Shown piece by piece: positions 53,088-64,000 of a DNA stretch of 64,000 nucleotides. The stretch's first letter is position 1; every line of letters begins with the position of its first letter. Source of the stretch: the human T2T-CHM13v2.0 reference genome, Homo sapiens. Position numbers and translations under genes: made by a program. The notes beneath the pieces were generated by a model. The model made no database searches, was not told the DNA's origin, and saw nothing but the letters and a program-made list of their open reading frames with translations. The DNA is taken from assembly GCF_009914755.1 (NCBI RefSeq), contig NC_060936.1, one strand, 5' to 3'.

Positions 53088-53452
53088 TGTCTTAGTTCAA
53101 GCTGCTGTAACAAAATGCCACAGTCTGGGTGGCTTAAACACCAGAAATTAATTGTCTCACAGTTCTGCAGGCTGGGAAGTCCAAGATCAAGGTGATCTGT
53201 TCTGGGTGGGGCTCTCTTCCTGGCTGGCCAATGGCCGCCTTCTTGCGGTGTTCTCACCTGGTGCTTGTCTATGGAGAAAAAGAGAGCTCTCCCTCTCTTC
53301 CTGTTCTTAGAAGACCATCAATCCTAGCAGAACAGAGCCATGCCCCTATGGACTCATTTAGCCTTACTTACCTCCCTGTCTCCAAATACAGGCACATTGC
53401 TGGTTAGGGCTTCAACATATAACTTTTGGGGGACACAATTCAATCTGTAGCA
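53088..53452 (-). mobile_element. MLT1A-like solo LTR inserted into a MIR
   Basis: GCTGCTGTAACAAAATGCCACAG...GGCTGGGAAGTCCAAGATCAAGGTG...GGGGACACAATTCA; flanks CCTAA/CCCAA; MIR core continues on both sides. Confidence 0.85.
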
Positions 53453-55175
53453 CCCAATGTCCCAGGGCAAATAAATAATGGAGTCTGAATTTGAATCCAA
53501 ACTTGAGTCTGAGCCTTCCCAGCATGCTGTGCTGCCTCGTTAATTCATGAATGCCCCGAGGACACTAGGAAAGTGTGCAATTTAGAGCTGGGGCTGCAAA
53601 GCGTGGTGACCAAGCACACAGGCCTGGGGCCAGGCAGCACTGGGCTACAGCTCCGGGACAAGGCACAGTGCTTCCCATTCCTAAAGCAGGGCTCTAAGAG
53701 AGCCATTCACAGCTTCAGGCAGGGCTGGGAGGATTAATGGGATGATGCACCTGCAAGGACAAGCACAGAGGCCCACCATAGTGAGTTCCAGGAACGCTGG
53801 GAACTTTGTTTACTGATAGACCCTATGGGCCTAGACCCATGCCTGGCACTTACTAGGTGCTTCATACAAATTGTGGACTGAGTTTTTAATTGTCATTTTC
53901 ATCACTGACCTGGTATTAGAATACCTGGGTGCCAGTGTTAGCTTTAGCAACACTATCAGACCTTGGGTGAGATTCAGAACCGGGTGGCCTGTTCCCTGTC
54001 TGTAAAGTGAGGATAATAATGACAGTGACCATCCAACAGCTCCTGTCAAATGCTGGGCTCAGAACTGCATTGGGGCCAACCCAGGTTTCCCCTCTCTGTG
54101 CTGGGTTTCGATAAAGAGTGCAGGGTGATAGACTAGAGAGGACCTCGTTCTGGGGGAGAAAGGAAGCTTGTGTTTCCCCTGTGCTGTGCCTCATACCTCG
54201 GCAGGCTCAGGCAGGAGGACAGCGATTGGACGCTGGGGGTGTCTGTGTGGGAGGGAACCTTCTCTTGTTGGAAGGGATCCTCACTGGCCAACGCCCCCTC
54301 CTGGGGAATTCTGGTGAGTTCCTAGGGACTTGGTGCTCTGTCCCTAGGGACTGGGCCTGCAGGCTGCCCAGTGTCTACCCCGGAGGAGATTGCAGCAGGT
54401 CTTGGGGACCGGACGCCAGGAACCCCTGTGTTGGAGACTGAGGTCTGAACCTTCAAAATCCAACCATCCCCCACCAGGGAAAGAAGTCTGAGCTGAGCTG
54501 GTCCCTGGGAAGCTGGTCCACGGCCAGCCAGGCCCTCGGCAGGGGTATTTTTAACTGGAAGCAGGGAGCGCTGCATGAAGGAAGCTCCCCTTGCTGGCAA
54601 CTGCACCAGTAACACACTTGCTGCGCAGCTGTGTGCACTGCCACCCACAGGCCCTTCTCCTTCCCTCCCCAAAAGGATGCACACACCCAACAGGCCCTGG
54701 GTCCTCCCCAACCGTGGTCACCATGTCTGCTGCCCACTCCCACCTACGGGACCTTGGCACAGGCAGGAGCGCAGGGTCCGAGGCCTTCCACAAATATTTG
54801 GGCAGAGCACCTCAAGACAGCCCTAGGGACTAAAGAGCCGATGACCCTCTGGCCCCATCTGCTACTGCCCAGCCCTCTCCTGGTGCCCGGCCGGTGGTGT
54901 CTACACGGAGTCCACCTCCTCTACCCTCCCGTCTCTGCACTTTCCTGAAAGTGCTTTCCCCACAGCTGCCCCTCTGTTGCTAAGCCCAGTGGCCTCTCAC
55001 CGCTGACCTTCTCAGGCCCCTGGCTTCCCTCCCACCTCGCTGACTGTTCCGCCTCAGGCTCCCCTGATCAAACTGTAAGCACTGATCAGCTTGTCTGGGG
55101 CTCTCTTGGTTTTAGACTAAAAGTCTCACATCCTGGGAACTCCCTCAGTTCAGGGCAAACTGGGACTGTGGGTCG

Positions 55176-55262
55176 CCCCAGACTCACCCTGACCTTGGGG
55201 ACACCCCAGATCACCCTGACCTTGGGGACACCCTAGACTCACCCTGACCTGTGGGGACGCCC
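55176..55262. repeat. Minisatellite, 3 x 27-29 bp
   Basis: CCCCAGACTCACCCTGACCTTGGGGACA repeated three times with small changes. Confidence 0.88.
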
Positions 55263-55289
55263 ATGTCTCCTTCTTGCCTCTCGTTTCCT

Positions 55290-55690
55290 CTTGATCTCCA
55301 TGCTCTCCCTAAGGGATCTCCTGTATTTCTGTGGCTGCAGCTGCCATTGGGGTGGGGATGATCCCCAAGTCTGGGGTGCCAGCCTAACTTTCTCCTGAGA
55401 TCCAGACCTGTAAGCTAACTGCCTACAGGGCATCTCTGCTCAGAGGTCTCCTGGCACCTCGAAAAGTCACCATGTCTACATCTGACCTCACCATCTGACC
55501 CCAAACTTCTCTCTCCAGTCTCTGGTTTCAATGAAGAGCTCTACCATCCATCAGGAGATTCATATCCCAGGCACCTCTTCCAGCCAAAGGAATCTCTTCT
55601 TGTCAATTTCACCTCCTAAGTCCCTTGACTCCAAGTATTTCTGTCCCCGCTGTCATCCCCACAGTGCAGGTCATGACCATCTCTCACTTT
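55290..55690 (+). mobile_element. L2 fragment
   Basis: TCCAGACCTGTA...AACTGCCTAC...GCACCTCGAA...CCATGTCT typical of L2; approximate. Confidence 0.6.
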
Positions 55691-55745
55691 GATCGGTGCG
55701 AAGTCTAGAGGAAGTGTCAACAGTGGCCATTCCTGGGATGGCCAG

Positions 55746-56203
55746 TGGTATGGGTTGGACTGTGTCCCCCCAAATATATGTTGAAATCCTAACCACCGGA
55801 ACTGTGAACATGGCCTTATTTGGAAATAAGATCTTTGCAGATGTAGTCAAGTTACAATGAGGTCAGAAGGGTGGGCCCTAATCCAACATGACTGGCGTCC
55901 TTGGAAGAGGAAGACGTCACGCGAAGACAGAGACACACAGGAGAGCAGCATGTGACAGCAGAGGCCTTAGAGATTGGAGGGAGGCAGCTGCAAGTCAAGG
56001 AGTGCTGAGAATTGCCAGCCACTCTCAGAAGCTGGAAGAGGTGATAAAGGGTCCCTCCCCTAGAAGCTCCAGAGGAAGCACAGCCCTGCTGATGCCCTGA
56101 TTTTGGACTTGTAGCCTCCAGAACTGTGAGAGAGTGAATTTCTGTTGCTTAAAGCTATCCAGTCTATGGCACTTTGCTACAGCAGCCCTGGGAAGCTAAC
56201 ATA
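55746..56203 (+). mobile_element. MLT1B/C-like solo LTR
   Basis: CCTTATTTGGAAATAAGATCTTTGCAGATGTA...GCCTCCAGAACTGTGAGAGA...ACAGCAGCCCTGGGAAGCTAA. Confidence 0.85.
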
Positions 56204-57611
56204 GGGAGATAAGGACAATTTTCATTTTCTTAGCATACTTTTCAGTATTTTAGAGGTGATCTGTAGTGGATACACAAGACTTTTATGATTAGGAAAAACA
56301 TAGTCATTCTTAAAAAGAAGTGCTCATCAGTAGGAATCCTAAGCGTCCTATTGGATTTGTCCCTGAGAATTGAAGCCATCTATGCCACACAGTTTACTGT
56401 CCTCATCAACACAGCTTTTTTATTCCACAGGAGACTCTTGCCCAGGAAGATAAAAGCTGAACATAATTTTATTGTTCATTTCGGGGACTTTGCAAATAAC
56501 ATTTACACAAACAGCAGATTGTACAACTTTTTAATAGCATCTAATGACTGTCTTTTCACCAAGACTCTTCAAAAACTCTTGCCTTGCCATGTCTTCCCAT
56601 CCCAAACTCCTAGGTCATGGCTCTTCCCAATCTTAATCAAGTCCCTGCAGGAAAGATGCTCAAAACTCAGACATATCCCATTTGCATTTGGTTTTCTGAG
56701 ATGATTCTAAGACTCTGTAAAGGGTCTTCTCCCTTACCATGGTAGCAGGAAACCTGGCTGCCTTATCCGAGGGTTGATTTGGTGGTATTTTCAGGCATTT
56801 GACATCTGATATTCAAAATATTGCATTTATGGAATGCAACCCCAATCATCCCTGAATTGTAGCCAGGGAAACAGGCTCCTCGAACTTCAGTTGCTCAAGG
56901 CCACACCATTAGTAGCTGGCAGAGCCTAGGTCCAGCTGCCTGCAAAGCCTGCACTCTTACCCTTCTCCTACTTTCCCAAATTTAGTGAGACTGTAATACA
57001 AAATACTTATATTCTGGTGTCTGGCTATTTTTGGGTGGTATTCGGCTCCCAATTGTCCAGATAATGGCCCCAAGCGGACAGGCTATGGTCCTCAGGAAGA
57101 CATCACCCAGGCAGGTTTCCTGCGGGGAGTCACCATAGAGACCATTTCCATCACAGGCAGCAGCAGCCTGAGCTTCCGGGACTTCTGTTTCCCTGCCCTG
57201 GGCCTGGAGAATGTTAACCATGAAAGGCAAATGGGCTTCGGTTGGAAACAAGCCATTATTAGCCACTATTTCAGGCAGTCACATTTCCCACAAGGCACTT
57301 GTGCAACAAGTTAGCAGGGAAGAAAGAAGCCGAGCCTTTGTACGGCGGGGCCAGAACACAAAGCTCATTGTGATGTTTGTGCTTCTATTCAGACGCCACG
57401 TGGTACGGACTCCACGCCAACCTGCAGACTGGATTCTTTTCTTCCCCCTCAGTAACAAACATACACATTTGCTTTAAAGTAGGCAGAATTTGCCCATGGG
57501 TGGTCTTTGATTTGGAAGAAATCAACTTCAAAGTGGTGACTCACAAAAAACAAAGGTGGCTTGACTCATTCAGTGCTCGGGAAAGGGGATGTGTGTGCAG
57601 AATTCACTCAT

Positions 57612-57706
57612 CCAGAAGCAGAAGTTGAAGACAAGGAGTAAATACTTCAGGTAGACAATCAGCCAGTCATCCTGCTTGGTCTTGTAATGGGCCATGGCTG
57701 CTGAGT
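57612..57706 (-). pseudogene. TSPAN11-like CE1: MAHYKTKQDDWLIVYLKYLLLVFNFCFW (ATG at 57695)
   Basis: Acceptor TTCTCTAG, Kozak GCCATGG, 28 open codons, 24/28 identical to recalled TSPAN11 N-terminus; donor reads ATGAGT instead of GTGAGT. Confidence 0.93.
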
Positions 57707-58066
57707 CTAGAGAAGGCACACAGGCTGGGCTGGGGAATTACCGAGAGCCACCTCACCCCTCCAGGAGCCAGGGCGCCTCAGCCAGGTTCCCTTTGAAGGG
57801 CTTATTTGCCTGTCTTGCCAGGGATCTTTGAGGCTGTGGGTGTGCAGCATAGAGTAAAGATCAGGGAATCGCAAAGGCTACTGGATGCCTTAGTGGAGGT
57901 GAATTTGGGCAGAATTTTCCAGACCTTCAGGTGCCGGTTTTGTTCTCTTGACAAAGGTCTAACCCACAAATCTTCCACAGATTTCCCTGGCCTTGTTGTG
58001 TTCTTATTCTCTTTCCCTGTCTCATCAGGGTTGCAGGACACAAGTTTATCTGTCATAGACACACAC

Positions 58067-58070
58067 TCTT

Positions 58071-58108
<38 letters not shown>
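58067..58108. repeat. (TC)n(CA)n compound microsatellite
   Basis: Direct read. Confidence 0.9.
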
Positions 58109-58301
58109 GTTCAGCATGGCTGCTTTGCAGTGGAAACCTGTACTGCACATCCACAGGTGTGGCAGGAGTCCCATATCAGAGCATCTGTGCCGGAAAGACC
58201 TCAATGATGACCCATTCTACCTTACCTGGCCTCTACACCCCTTGACTTCCCAGATGAGGAAGCAGGTCCAGACAGGCCCAGACTGTTTGGCAGAAGAAGT
58301 C

Positions 58302-58522
58302 TAAGAGCCTCTGGAGTCTTAACTCCTTGGGTTCAAACCCTGATCTGTCACAAGGTGTGTGACACTTTGGGCAAGTGACATGACTTCCCATCTCTCAGTG
58401 TTCTCATCTGTAAATGGGGATAATGATACCTACATCACAGGGTTGTTTTGAAGATTGAATGGGATAATCTATGTGACGTGTTTAGCATAGTCCTTGGCAC
58501 ATAGTAAGTATTTAATGTTAGC
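58302..58522 (+). mobile_element. MIR SINE
   Basis: TTGGGCAAGTGAC...CTCATCTGTAAATGGGGATAATGATACCTAC...GGCACATAGTAAG. Confidence 0.85.
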
Positions 58523-59857
58523 TTTTATTATTACATGCCATAGAGCTGGTACTAGAACCTACGACCCCAATCCTAAAACTCCACTCTTTGCCCCAGCACC
58601 ATGCTCTGTCTCTTGTCCGGACACCCGTCAATGGACTTTCTAGGGAAAGTCAACATTGGTGATAAAGGCAGAGAAGGCCCACTGTACTCAGTAATCGCAT
58701 TTGCTTCTTAGTCAGTCTGAACCTCAGTAAGTCTGAAGCCTCTATGGTTTCCTCTTCACCTGGACCTACTTGTACCCCTGGGCACCTGCACACTCACAGA
58801 GTAGTTGCTCTTTAAGAAATTGTCCCCATTTTGGGAAGCTCTTTTATTTCAGAACCATACGCAATGAGGCATTGGTTTTGCCCATGACCTTCTCTTCCTC
58901 TATCATTCCCAACCCCCCATCAGGCCCTCCTCCCCGCTTGCTCTTGCCTCTTTGGCTGGTGCTGGGCCAAAGCCCAAATTACTTCCCTGAGCCACTGCTC
59001 TGCCTTTTATTTCAAGCTTATGGGCTCATGGAGACAGGGAGAGAAGAGGAGAGAAAAGAAAAGGTGGCTGTCTTATTTGGGATTTCTATTTGCAGACCTT
59101 GAAGAAGGTAATTTAAGACTGTTAGTCTTCTCATTAAAAAAAGACAAAACCCATTTTTCTTCAATTTAGTTTGAGAGATAGGGTGGTGGAAGAGATATAG
59201 GAGAAAAAAAGGAAGCCTGTCAAGAATGGCGATGGATGGGGGTGGCCAGGCAATCGAGCAGAAGGTGTTTGGAGGTCATTCTGCAGTCGGCCCTGACAAG
59301 AGACTGGGTGCAGCGTCCTCTGGGTGCCATGGGTTTTTAGTAAGCTGAGGGATTTGTGGGGGCCTGGGCGCTACTGTCTGCAGTTTCCCTCCCTCTGCAC
59401 GTCCCTCCCCTCCCAGCCAGGGCCCACTAGACTCCTAACACAGAACCTTCTCTCGATCTGCAGCAGAGGGGCACGATTCACTCACTCAAACCAAGGGGTC
59501 AGGGCCCCTGAAAGGAAAATTGTATTTTTTAAAAAGGACTTCAGGCAGAAGATAGGACTTAACAAAGAAAAACGTAATTCTAATGGTAAAATTTTAGCCA
59601 TTATTGGTAGAGAAGATAGAACCACAGAATGTCAGGGTTAAGGGGAAACCTTGGGGCTCACTTAATTCAATCTTTTGCAGACAGAATGAGGAAATTTACC
59701 CATCGGAGCTAAAACGCACATCTTAAAATGACTTCTCTAGAAGTCTGTAATCGATGGTTGCAGTTTTCTATCCCCCACTATTCAAGGCTCCATCTCCTGT
59801 AATATCCCACCACACTTGGGTCCCTGTGCTGGGAGTGGCAAAGGCCCCAAAGAAACT

Positions 59858-60164
59858 TGGAGCCGGATGCCTGGATCTCAAAGCTAGCCTTGCCATTTTA
59901 CTGGCTGTGTGACCTTGGGCAAGTTACTTAACCTCTCTGTGCAGGTCACATTTATGGAACACTTTCGCGTGCCAGATGCAGACCTAAGTGCTTTACGTGC
60001 ATTATTCTGGTGCCTCTTTCCAATACCCCTATGAAGTAGGGCTAGTCCCATTTTGCAATATAACCGAGGTTCACACAGGTTAAATAACTTGTCCAAAGTC
60101 ACACAGCAAGTAAATGGCAAAGCCAGAGTTGAATGAGGAATCCCTGGCTCTGGCCTCAAGCTCT
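59858..60164. mobile_element. Two oppositely oriented MIR fragments
   Basis: GTGTGACCTTGGGCAAGTTACTTAACCTCTCTGTG (+) then GGTTAAATAACTTGTCCAAAGTCACACAGC (-). Confidence 0.75.
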
Positions 60165-60330
60165 TACCCACTGTGCAGTACTCTCAGGACCAGGGAACCC
60201 AGGGCAAGGCAGGAAGGGGTGGGGGGCAGAGACTGATGGTTTCCCTCATACCCACTGTGCAGTACTCTCAGGACCAGAGAACCCAGGGCAAGGCAGGAAG
60301 GGGTGGGGGGCAGAGACTGATGGTTTCCCT
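60165..60330. repeat. 84-bp-period near-perfect tandem duplication
   Basis: 60165-60246 repeated at 60249-60330 with one mismatch seen. Confidence 0.95.
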
Positions 60331-60853
60331 AATATTTGTTCTCCCCTTTTTCATTGGGAATAGAGCATCTCCATTTTAATTGGGTACTTGGTCACCTGGA
60401 GCAAAAGACATTTCCCAGCCTCTCTTCCGGCTAGGCATAGCCAGGATTCCCTGTTTGCCGGAGAGCGGTATGTAAGCAGAAATGGTATATGCGGCTTTTT
60501 AGAAGGATCGTTTTTTGGTATCTGTTTCATGTTCATTTACAAAGAATGTACATCCTGTCATTGTAGAGTACAGAATTCTGTATGTGTCGATTAGGTCAAA
60601 TTTGTTAATTGCGCTTTTCACATCTTCTGTATCCTTACTGATCTGGTGTCTGATTGGTCTATTGGCTATTGAAAGATGCCTGTTACAGGCTCTCCCTACA
60701 AGTGTGAATTTGTCTATACCTTATTTAAGTCTCTTAAATTTTGCTTCGTATGTTTTGCAGATATTTTATGGAGTACAAACAGATTTGGAGTTAAGATATT
60801 ATTCTGGCGGATTAATCCCTTTATCGCTAATAATGTCATTATCTGTCTTTTAA

Positions 60854-61174
<321 letters not shown>

Positions 61175-63279
61175 AGAAGTATCTTTAGAGTGGTGGGGGC
61201 ATGTCTCTCTTCACCCTTTCCTTCTTCCTGTTGGTTGGAATGCTGATGTTGTGGCTGGAGCTGAAGCAGCTCTATTGAACCGTGAGCTGAAAACTATGGG
61301 TTGAAAAGGAGTAACAATTAGTTCAAAGATTCTGGGTCTCAGATGGTTTCAGAGCTGCCGTTCATCCCTGAGCTGCTTACCTCCAGACTTAGTTTACATT
61401 AGAGAACAACAAACTTGTAGCTTCTTTAAGCTACATGTTTGTGCCAGGGGCACTGCAGTGGGGGCAATAAGACCAGAGGCCCATGGCAGGCAGTGGTCGC
61501 CGAGCTCTTCTGACTGTACACCCCCTCAAATTTCTTATTTATAATTTTTATTCATGTACTATTGTCCATTTATATAGCAGGTATTCATCAAAACTTCATT
61601 TTGCAGTTTTGAAAGTTAAAAAATAATGAGGGATAGGGATTTCAGTAAGTTTTCCCTGTATCCCAGTATATTGTCTGTTGCCACCTTGGAGACCACTGGT
61701 GCAGAGTGTGCATGGAGTGGGTGAGAGCTGAAGGTTAGGTGGGGTCAGGTCAAGAGTGACCTTACATGTGAAGCTCGGGGACTTGAATTAATGTCCTGAA
61801 AGTGATGCTGACCCCAGGAAGGTGGTGCTTAAGTTCGAGAAAGAGATGGTGGAGGAATGGAGATAGGGGACAGACACCTGACTGGCGCAGAGGGAGGCCC
61901 CATCAGGCAGGCAGTGTGCTCCAGGAAGAGGCAGGAGAGGAAAGACCCCAGGAGTGGGCAGAGGAAGAAGCAGCCAGGTGGGAAGTTGAAACAGAGGCGG
62001 GGGTAGAAGGAGAACCAGGGGAGTGGGGGTCCAGGTAGCCAAGGAGGACAGGGTGGGCTGCAGTACTGCATGCTTGCTAAGAGGTCCAAGCAAGGGCTCA
62101 CCTTTGTCCATGAAGGATACATGGGGATCATAGGGATGCACCATGAAGGGAGGGGAAACGGAGACCTGGAGGTGAATATTTTCAAATGAGAAGGCTGGGA
62201 GGGAAGCAGCTAGAAGGTCAGGGAAAGGAAGTGCTTTTGTGTGATGAGGGAGGGCGGCTCGGGCATGCCTAGTGCACTGGGAAAGGCTCCAAAGCCTGCT
62301 TAACTCTGCTGCCTCCGGGGAAGGGGACAGGGCTGAAGGAAGGTGAGTGGAAGAGCTCCAGCCACCACTTCCAGCCCTCCTCCTGACTGTCCCAGTGGAT
62401 TCCCCTCTCTGGGACCTCATTGTACCCCAATTTCCTTTTCCCTGGAGAGTGATATATCAGGGGAGGTAGGTGGGGGAACATGGCAATGGCTGCAGCTGCC
62501 CCTGGAGAGGAGAAAAGCAAACATAAGCCACTTGATGTGAGCTTATCTGCCAGCGAATGGAGGGGCCAGGGCTTTGGATAATCCCCCAAATCATTTTTCA
62601 TTGAGCTTTGAGTGTCTTATGATTGCTGGGAAGCCGACTGGCCTTCCTAAGTGGGTGTTATTTCTGTTCATAGCAGTTGGGAGCTGGGCTTGGGAACCAA
62701 TTGAAGGAAGTGTTCCTGAGGGGCACCAGCTAGACAGCAGGGGGCAGGCAAGGCAGAGACTCCCACTACGGGTGTAACCAATGCTGGATGCAGAATCACG
62801 GACAAGCCTCTGAAGACAAAGGAGAGGGACCGTACCTCCCAGATCCCTGGCCTCGCGACGCTGATCTCTTCCTTGGCCTCTAAAAGGCACATCTGTGTCC
62901 TCCCTTTGGCCCTTTGTTCAGGCTGTGGCCTGAATCTGAAACCCCTGCTACTCTGTCCCAATGCTCCAGGGCTCAGGGGGACTCTACCCCTCCCTGAAGG
63001 TGGCTATTTCCACCTTCCCAGACCCCCAGGGCAAAGCCCAGCATCCACGGACTGCAGCAGTTGGCCTGGGTGCTTCTCAGCATCTTATTTAACAGACTGA
63101 CTGATTTGGTTACCTTCCCGAGCTTGTGGACTGAGATGGGGACAGCGGTGCCACACAGTGGGGTCCAGACCCTCTTTCTGGCTCTGCCCTTTACTTGCTG
63201 CCTGTGCTTGGCGAGGCAAGCTACTTCCCTCCCTGAGTGTTTGGTTTCCCACCTGCAGGGAAAAGCAGCGGCTCTCCTG

Positions 63280-63550
63280 CTTAGGTCTTAGAATTACCTG
63301 GGGGACTCGTTAAAGTGAAGATCTCAGGGCCCACCCCCAGAGTTTCTGATTCATTAGGTTTAGTGTGAGACCCTGAAGGATTTGCTCCCAGGCAGGGTGA
63401 CTGATAATCCCCATTTGCCCGGGACAGAGGGATTTCTTGGGATACAGGAGTGCTGTTCAGGGTTAAACCTGGGCAATCCTGGGAAACCAGGATGGCTAGT
63501 CACTGCTCCCAGGTGCTGCTGGTCTTGGGACCACACTTTGCATCAATGTT
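63280..63550. mobile_element. MER5-like element, apparently interrupted
   Basis: TTAGAATTACCTGGGG...CCCACCCCCAGAGTTTCTGATTCA...GCTGCTGGTCTTGGGACCACACTTTG. Confidence 0.6.
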
Positions 63551-64000
63551 CTCTAAGGTCCCTTCCAACTCTGAAAGTCCCTGTGCCTGCAGTATAAGTA
63601 CCCTTCACCTCTGAAACAGGCATAACTGGGTGGGACATGAGGGTGGGCCCGTCCTCTCATGCAAATTCACATTTAGGACACAGTTCCTGTTGAAATGATA
63701 AAGATCTCCCAGATTGCCCGGCAATGAGCCTCAAGGTGCCTTCCCCCCAGGAAGAGGTTCTGACTGTAGCACAAAGGTGGGATTCAGGGGCAGCCAGCAG
63801 GTGCGGGGGCGGTGAATGTCATTGTCAGGATCCATGCCATAGGACATCTCAGAAAGGCAACCACAGATGCCTTGAAGGTGAACTGATGCATTTTGGGGAC
63901 TTTCATCAGGGCTGGATGTGTAATGGCATGGCTGTGAGACTTGAGGATCATTGTCCTCCTACTGCATCCCCCCGCTCTCCCAAGCAGATGAGGCTCAAAG

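Larger units (their letters stand above)
18684..57706 (-). pseudogene. Unprocessed (intron-containing) TSPAN11-like pseudogene, seven coding-exon remnants CE1-CE7
   Basis: Seven colinear minus-strand segments translate to consecutive pieces of TSPAN11 (recalled sequence), mostly with AG/GT boundaries; multiple stops and frameshifts. Confidence 0.93.

Noticed and set aside
55176-55262. CRISPR-like short repeats (also 60165-60330)
   Set aside because: Head-to-tail with no unique spacers and no cas genes; eukaryotic minisatellite or duplication.
56285-56704. 139-aa ORF in an AT-rich patch
   Set aside because: No recognisable homology or splice support; possibly an old repeat relic I cannot identify.
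18684-57706. A functional TSPAN11/CD151 gene or a processed pseudogene
   Set aside because: Two stops in CE2, frameshifts in four exons, lost CCG and three dead splice sites rule out function; retained introns rule out a retrocopy.

Overview
Primate (very probably human, chr12p13.3) GC-rich genomic DNA, not microbial. The first ~7 kb hold the last four coding exons of the tetraspanin gene TSPAN9 (+ strand), a ~3.4 kb 3' UTR and its AATAAA. The rest looks intergenic in the ORF track, but reading the minus strand by hand shows a complete, intron-containing TSPAN11-like pseudogene. All seven coding exons are present in the correct order from 57706 down to 18684, tail-to-tail with TSPAN9. They carry stops, frameshifts, a CCG->CYG change and three dead splice sites. 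From recalled mouse synteny and the paralogous TSPAN4/CD151 pair, I infer this is the dead ancestral TSPAN11 locus, with the live human gene being a relocated copy. The background is Alu, MIR, L2, L1, MER DNA transposons, a four-LTR cluster (THE1C, MLT2A, MLT1A, MLT1C), microsatellites and a few small duplications. Gene identities and repeat subfamilies come from recalled sequences, not from a search; the pseudogene may already be annotated.
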